From: Polyangiaceae bacterium
GTDB taxonomy: Bacteria > Myxococcota_A > Polyangia > Polyangiales > Polyangiaceae
NCBI GenBank assembly: GCA_044376115.1
Contig: JBILLK010000001.1
Coordinates: forward strand, 192,001-256,000
Reading direction: 5' to 3'
Length of the DNA: 64,000 nt
Below are positions 58,932-64,000 of the stretch, piece by piece (the first letter of the stretch is position 1; each line of letters begins with the position of its first letter). The notes under the pieces are model-generated. The model ran no database searches. It was not told where the DNA came from and saw nothing but the letters and a program-made list of their open reading frames with translations. The translations under genes and the position numbers were made by a program.

Positions 58932-59930
58932 TCAGGCGGCCGCGGCCAGGCGCGTGCGCTCCTCTTCGAGGATCTGCAGGCACTCGGCGAGCGAGTCGCT
59001 GAATAGCAGCCGTTTGCGAATCGAGGCGGCGCCGGGGAGCCCGCGCAAATAGCCGGTGAGGTGCCGCCTCGTCACACGCACGCCGTACGGCTCACCCCGC
59101 GCACCAACGTTGGCGATCAGATGATCGCGACAAAGGTCGAAGCGTTCATCGAAGCTGGGCGCCGGGCGCACGATTCCGCGATCCAAAAGATCGCGGCACT
59201 CGTCGAACACCCACGGATGATCGATCGCTGCGCGGCCGATCATCACACCTTCGCAGCCGGTCTCATCGAGCGCGCGCTTGGCGTCCTCCGCGGTTTTGAT
59301 GTCGCCGTTGACGATCACCGGGATCTTCAGCTGCGCTTTGGCCTTTGCCGCGTAGGTCCAATCAGCGTTTCCGGAGTGGCCCATCTGCGCGGTGCGACAG
59401 TGAATGGTGAGCGCGCGCACCCCAGCGTCCTCGAGGCGCTTGGCCAGCTCAACGATCGGCATCTCCGACTCGGGCCCGTAGCCGATGCGAGTTTTCACCG
59501 TGACCGGTAGCTTGACCGTACCGACGATCAGCTTGGCCATCGCGACCATCGCCGCCGGATCACGCAACCAACCTGCACCCGCGCCGCGCCCTGCGATCTT
59601 CGGCACCCAGCAGCCGCAGTTGATATCGATGAACGAGGGATTGGCCGCTTCTGCGACGCGAGCAGCCTCCGCCAAACGCTCCGGATCCGAGCCGTAGATC
59701 TGGATCGCCGTCGGCGTGTCTTCCGCGCCGAGGGTGATCTTGCGTTTGGCGGTCTTACAGCCGCGCAGCAGGCCCTCTGCGTTGACGAACTCAGTCACAC
59801 AAAGGCCCGCACCATGTTCGCGACAAAGCTTGCGAAAGACCTCGTCGGACACGTCCTCCATCGGAGCCAGGATCACGGGCCGCCCTTGGAAGAGCTGCTC
59901 AAACGTCGGCGGTGCTTTCGGCGAATCCAT
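58932..59930 (-). CDS. dusB: tRNA-dihydrouridine synthase (DusB-like)
   Basis: LAPMEDV, IDINCGC, VTVKTRIG, TIHCRT, NGDI, VMIGRAA. Confidence 0.93.
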   Translation of the reverse strand: MDSPKAPPTFEQLFQGRPVILAPMEDVSDEVFRKLCREHGAGLCVTEFVNAEGLLRGCKTAKRKITLGAEDTPTAIQIYGSDPERLAEAARVAEAANPSFIDINCGCWVPKIAGRGAGAGWLRDPAAMVAMAKLIVGTVKLPVTVKTRIGYGPESEMPIVELAKRLEDAGVRALTIHCRTAQMGHSGNADWTYAAKAKAQLKIPVIVNGDIKTAEDAKRALDETGCEGVMIGRAAIDHPWVFDECRDLLDRGIVRPAPSFDERFDLCRDHLIANVGARGEPYGVRVTRRHLTGYLRGLPGAASIRKRLLFSDSLAECLQILEEERTRLAAAA

Positions 59931-60039
59931 AGAATCTCGAGCGGAGGCCTATGTGGGTAAATGGGCTCGGCGTCAAACGCAGCGGGGAGCGTCAAATTGT
60001 CGACACTTCGGTGTCATTCGTGTAAGACGCCTGACCCAG

Positions 60040-60276
60040 ATGCTAATCGACGTTTCTCTCCTGCGACGGGCGAAGATCGAAAACGTAGAGCGGTTGGCGA
60101 AGTCCCTCGGGGTGGATGCACCTCGGCGCAAGCGTGACTCCGTCTACGCTAATCAGCTGGTCAGTGCGATCGCGACCAAGATTCGGCGCGACGCCATGAT
60201 GGACGAGCTGCGACGGCTAACCGGCCTCAGCGCCACCTTGAGCCGGCCCTCCATCACCACCACCAACTTCCGCTGA
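60040..60276 (+). CDS. Small basic hypothetical protein (78 aa)
   Basis: 3' part of ORF 59716..60276 from ATG 60040 (MLIDVSLLRRAKIENVERLAKSLGV...). It fills the intergenic gap and is followed by a hairpin. Confidence 0.55.
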   Translation: MLIDVSLLRRAKIENVERLAKSLGVDAPRRKRDSVYANQLVSAIATKIRRDAMMDELRRLTGLSATLSRPSITTTNFR

Positions 60277-60331
60277 GTTCGCTGACCGCGTCGAGCGGTC
60301 ACTCCACCGGGAGGTGGGCCAGCCCGAAGAA

Positions 60332-60360
60332 GAAGCCTGTGAGCTCCCCTCGCAGGCTTC
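60332..60360. terminator. Hairpin between convergent genes
   Basis: GAAGCCTGTGAG...CTCGCAGGCTTC. Confidence 0.55.
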
Positions 60361-62689
60361 AGGTTTTTTCGATGACCCAGACGCCGTTCACGTCGGGCAT
60401 GCGCTCTTCTCGCTCGCCGCTGGCGTCGAAGATGCGCACGTACGGCTCGATGTTCGCCTGATAGCCAGGCTGCAGGTAGCTCGCCAAATCGGCCGGCACC
60501 GCCACTTCGATTGCGCGGTACTCGGGGTCTGATTTGCTGCAGGCCGCGAGCAGACGCTCGAGGTAGCTCGCGCGCGGCAACACCGCACGTTGCTCGCGAA
60601 TTTCGTAGGGGAAGGACGCAGGGCCCCAGGTGTAGGTGGTGAGGAACTCGTACAGGTCCGGCGCCGAGAGACGTACGCGACCGTTGGGCAGCTCCTCAAA
60701 CTCGATCCTGCGCGGCTCGTACGCCTGCGCGAACAGGGTGAAGCCCTGATGCCAGCTCGGGCTCAGGAACTCGAGTTGCTTCGGTTCGTTCGCCGGCATC
60801 ACGCCGTCGCGAATCAGAATGCGACCGCCTTGCTTGAGCGAACGGAAAGCAGCGCCAACCAAAGACTCCACAGCGGCGAGCTGGAAGCGCTGGGGCGGAT
60901 CCCCAACCTCGACGTAGCTGAAGATCTCGTGGAGCACCGAGCAAAAGATCACCGAGCTCACGCTGCGTTCGGGAAACAGGCTGGGCAACTTGAAGGCGTC
61001 GCCATGAACCATCTCGAACCCGACCTCGCGCGTCCCCACGTTTACTTGGTGCGCCGCTACGACCGCGGCGGAGGCATCGAGACCCACGATGCGTGATCCG
61101 GCAAAACGCTCGGCCAAGAGCTCGAGCACGACACCGCCGCCCGGACCGACCTCCACGATCACGCCGGGTTTGACGAAGTCGAGCAGCCGCGCTTTGTCCG
61201 AGCGCGCGGCGTTCATCGTGCTGAGGTAGCTGCTCTCGTTGTTGACGCGATCGAAGTCGTCCTTGCGGAGACCGTAAAGATCACAGAGCGACTTGAGCGT
61301 CTGATGGAAGGCGGCTCCAGGCTTGGTCTCATAGACCGAGAGCAAGGTGAGCAGCGCCTCGGCCTCCTTCTCGATCCGGACCTCACTGGCGATCGCCTGT
61401 TCCCCGCCTTTGGGCGACGGGAAGGAGACGAGCGCTCCGCCGAGATCCCCGCGTAACAGCTGTTCGATCGGCGTGGCAGCGAGCAGCGTCTCGAGCAAGC
61501 GCACCGCGTAGCGCTTTGGCACGCCGCGCTCATCGCGCAGAAAGTCTTTCACCAGGCGCAGGTCCAAGTGCCACGGTCGGCTGAAGTCGATGTTGGCGGC
61601 TGTCGCTCGCCCGGTGAGGTTGACGATCAGCCGCAGTGCAGCGTCCAAGCTGAGCGCGCCCAGCGTCGGCTCGGCGTACCAAACGCGGCAGCGAGCCAGT
61701 CGCGCTTCGATCGCACTTCGACTCCCGGCGAGCTTCTGCAACGCCAGCTCGACGTCGTGAGGAGCTTCGCTCGTCATCAGCGCGCCGCCACGCATGCGCG
61801 CGACTCGTTCGGCCAAAGAAGTACGGCCGCTGCTCCCAGCGCTGGCTGCATAAAGGATCGCCCGTTCCTCAGTCGCAAAGGCGTTGGCCAACTCCTCCGA
61901 CCAAAGGCTCGAGCGCACGGCCGTGACCTCGCAGCGGTTGACCAGCGACCAAACGTTGGCGAGCCGTTCACCTCCGTCCGCTTCGCTATTGGCGAACTCG
62001 ACGAGATCCGCAAAAGCATCGCGCCCGACTTCTCCACGCAGCGCCATACCGACGAGACCGCTCGAAGCGCACAGGGTCAGCGCGCGTTCGGCCCATCGCC
62101 CATCTTCGGAGCGCGGAACCTTGCCGAGCACGCGACGCACGACGTCATCAAGAATTGCCGCCGAGTCCTCGTTGTGAACGGTGCCATCCACCCCGAGCCG
62201 TTGTCGCCAAACGCTCTTCTGCTGCGTGGTTCCGCCCTTCGCGACGTCCGAGAAAAGGAGCACGGTGGCGAGCAGAGCGCTGTCTTCGTCCGCAAGGTCG
62301 CCCGCGAGCGAATCGGCAGCGCGCAGTGCACGCAGGGTTCGGTCGAGCAGCGGCGTGCGCGTACCACCCTCCGGGCTGGCTTCATGTTCGTAGGAGGACG
62401 CTTGTTTCGGCTCCACCAAGCCGTGCAGCTCCGGGAGGACCTGACGAATGCGTTCGCCGGCCAAACTGAGCGGCTCATCGGCGCACAGCGCTGCAGCCAC
62501 GAAGGCGTGAAACGGGCTCTGCGTCGCAAAAGCCGCCACATCGAGCTCGTTTTGCCAAGCAACCTGGCCTAACGCGCGCTCCGCCCGTAGCAACGCGGCC
62601 TCGGCCGTCTGCCCGAAAGACCATTCGAAGCGTCGAACAGCCTCGGGTGCGTGGGTCAGGAAGAAGGTTCCGTCGGTCGCCGTGCGCAT
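60359..62689 (-). CDS. Class I SAM-dependent methyltransferase with long N-terminal region including a degenerate HD-like domain
   Basis: VEVGPGGG, GLDAS, HGDA, FCSVLHEIFSY, GGRILIRDG; N-terminal LLFSDVAKGG...HNEDSA. Confidence 0.75.
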   Translation of the reverse strand: MRTATDGTFFLTHAPEAVRRFEWSFGQTAEAALLRAERALGQVAWQNELDVAAFATQSPFHAFVAAALCADEPLSLAGERIRQVLPELHGLVEPKQASSYEHEASPEGGTRTPLLDRTLRALRAADSLAGDLADEDSALLATVLLFSDVAKGGTTQQKSVWRQRLGVDGTVHNEDSAAILDDVVRRVLGKVPRSEDGRWAERALTLCASSGLVGMALRGEVGRDAFADLVEFANSEADGGERLANVWSLVNRCEVTAVRSSLWSEELANAFATEERAILYAASAGSSGRTSLAERVARMRGGALMTSEAPHDVELALQKLAGSRSAIEARLARCRVWYAEPTLGALSLDAALRLIVNLTGRATAANIDFSRPWHLDLRLVKDFLRDERGVPKRYAVRLLETLLAATPIEQLLRGDLGGALVSFPSPKGGEQAIASEVRIEKEAEALLTLLSVYETKPGAAFHQTLKSLCDLYGLRKDDFDRVNNESSYLSTMNAARSDKARLLDFVKPGVIVEVGPGGGVVLELLAERFAGSRIVGLDASAAVVAAHQVNVGTREVGFEMVHGDAFKLPSLFPERSVSSVIFCSVLHEIFSYVEVGDPPQRFQLAAVESLVGAAFRSLKQGGRILIRDGVMPANEPKQLEFLSPSWHQGFTLFAQAYEPRRIEFEELPNGRVRLSAPDLYEFLTTYTWGPASFPYEIREQRAVLPRASYLERLLAACSKSDPEYRAIEVAVPADLASYLQPGYQANIEPYVRIFDASGEREERMPDVNGVWVIEKT

Positions 62690-62726
62690 CCCACATTCGT
62701 ATCTGAAAGCGAGGCAGAAAAAACTT

Positions 62727-62751
62727 GGAACAACTTCCAAAAGGCCGTGTC
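62727..62751 (+). promoter_or_regulatory. Putative ECF-type promoter upstream of the GltG-like gene
   Basis: GGAAC-N16-TGTC. Confidence 0.35.
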
Positions 62752-62870
62752 AGTTCAAAGCGACCGGTTGATGCGAGCAACTCCCGAAGGTCGGGAGTGA
62801 GGCCGCACGGTCCCTGGGTCGAACCCACCGCGAAATCTCGCGAACCACCCCCTTTTCGGAGGCATCCACC

Positions 62871-64000
62871 ATGGCTTCATCGTCCACCCGTTCAATCGAC
62901 AGCAACCTCTTCTCCTCTGCCGCTACGGCTGAAAACCGAGGTAGCTACGCGATGGTTCAGGCGGGCCCGGCCGTGGATCCCGCCGAGGTCGAGACCACCA
63001 CGCTGGCGGTCGAGCTGATCGTCAAGTGGTCCGACACCGTGCTGCACGTGAGCCACATGAGTCCTGCGCGGGCGTTCTCGGTTGGCGAACAAGGCGCTGA
63101 CCTTGCGCTGCCGAGCGCTGCCGGCGAGCTCGCCAAGACCAACGTCGTGAACGTGAGCGCCGCTGGGCCGGTGGCGATGATTCCGGCCGGCGCTGTCGCC
63201 TCGATCGAGGTTGGCGGTCAGAAGCTCGACCTCGCGACCGCCATCGCCAACGGCGTGGCTGCGGCTGACGGCAGCGTGGTGCTCAAGCAGGGCGTGCGGG
63301 TCGAGTTCGAGTTGGCTGGTTGCAGCTTCGAGATCGCTGGTGTGGCCGCGGCCAAGAAGGTCGCTGGCAAAGCTCGCGGCGACGGTCGCGCCTTCGTCGC
63401 ACAGGCCGCGAGCTTCCTGCTTCACGCAGGCATCCTCGGAACCATGTTCGTATTCATGCCGGCGCTCGCCTCCACCGAGGACAACCCGACCAACAACGAC
63501 CAACTCTATCTGCTGCGCGCAATGTTGGACGCCGAGCAGGCCCGCGAACAACAGGAGCAAGAGAAGGTCACGGGCGAGATGGACACGCCCAGCCACGAGT
63601 CCGGAACCGGCGCGCGTTCGCCTGGTGAGGCGGGCAAGATGGGCTCGGAGACCTCCAAGCAGACCAACCGCAAGTACGCGCTCAGCGGTGGTTCCCCCGA
63701 GCGCACGCTCTCCCGCCGCGAGGCCCTCACCGACGCCGAGAACTTCGGCATGGTGGAACTGCTCGGCAACGTGCCTACCTTCGCAAACGCTGGACCGTCC
63801 TCGCCCTGGGGCACGGTCGCCGCGGGCTCCGACCCGATGATGGCGAACGGCAATATGTGGGGCGACATCCTGGGTGAGGCAGGCGGATCGAACGGCCTGT
63901 TCCTCAGTGGCACCGGGGAAGGCGCCGGCGGCAAGTGGAACGGCGTTGGCTTGGGCGACATCGGCACTGTGTTCGGCGGTGCAGGCAACTGCGCTGGCGG
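62871..64000 (+). CDS. GltG/AgmX-PglI-family gliding-type membrane protein, 3'-truncated (absent from the ORF track)
   Basis: GGAGG RBS and ATG 62871; frame open to the window end. Contains VKWSDTVLHV, a TM helix (SFLLHAGILG...), GTGARSPGEAGKMG, FGMVELL and MWGDILGEAGG..GL.LSG.GEG.GG. Confidence 0.7.
   Translation, partial: MASSSTRSIDSNLFSSAATAENRGSYAMVQAGPAVDPAEVETTTLAVELIVKWSDTVLHVSHMSPARAFSVGEQGADLALPSAAGELAKTNVVNVSAAGPVAMIPAGAVASIEVGGQKLDLATAIANGVAAADGSVVLKQGVRVEFELAGCSFEIAGVAAAKKVAGKARGDGRAFVAQAASFLLHAGILGTMFVFMPALASTEDNPTNNDQLYLLRAMLDAEQAREQQEQEKVTGEMDTPSHESGTGARSPGEAGKMGSETSKQTNRKYALSGGSPERTLSRREALTDAENFGMVELLGNVPTFANAGPSSPWGTVAAGSDPMMANGNMWGDILGEAGGSNGLFLSGTGEGAGGKWNGVGLGDIGTVFGGAGNCAG

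Noticed and set aside
1..64000. tRNA, rRNA, transposase, integrase, phage or known defence genes
   Set aside because: None recognised by eye; intergenic regions are short and show no cloverleaf or terminal inverted repeats.

Overview
A GC-rich, gene-dense chromosomal window that looks myxobacterial (probably Polyangiaceae/Sorangiineae-like). That assignment rests on a romR-like gene next to valS, GltJ/AgmX- and GltG-like gliding proteins, a MYXO-CTERM protein, a eukaryotic-like Ser/Thr kinase with a TPR partner, and Cys-rich lipoproteins. Housekeeping genes are hemD (partial), valS, an RluA-family synthase, hrcA, fur, argD, grpE-dnaK, rplM-rpsI, gloB, lepB, bcp, murB and dusB. I found no rRNA, tRNA, CRISPR array, integrase or transposase. 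Main observations: (1) a probable exported selenoprotein, an AhpC/TSA-like lipoprotein with an in-frame TGA in a UxxC motif followed by a SECIS-like hairpin, which the ORF track splits in two. (2) A full-length P1B-ATPase-like protein lacking every catalytic motif but keeping a Cys-rich TRASH/YHS domain. (3) Several other intact-ORF pseudoenzymes: a pseudokinase-STAND protein coupled to dnaK, a GpsA-like protein, a transglutaminase-like protein and an HD-methyltransferase fusion. (4) A peroxiredoxin with a histone-H1-like AKKP tail. (5) Recurrent TAnnnT boxes 6-9 nt before start codons, suggesting leaderless mRNAs. All calls come from reading motifs by eye; no database searches were run.
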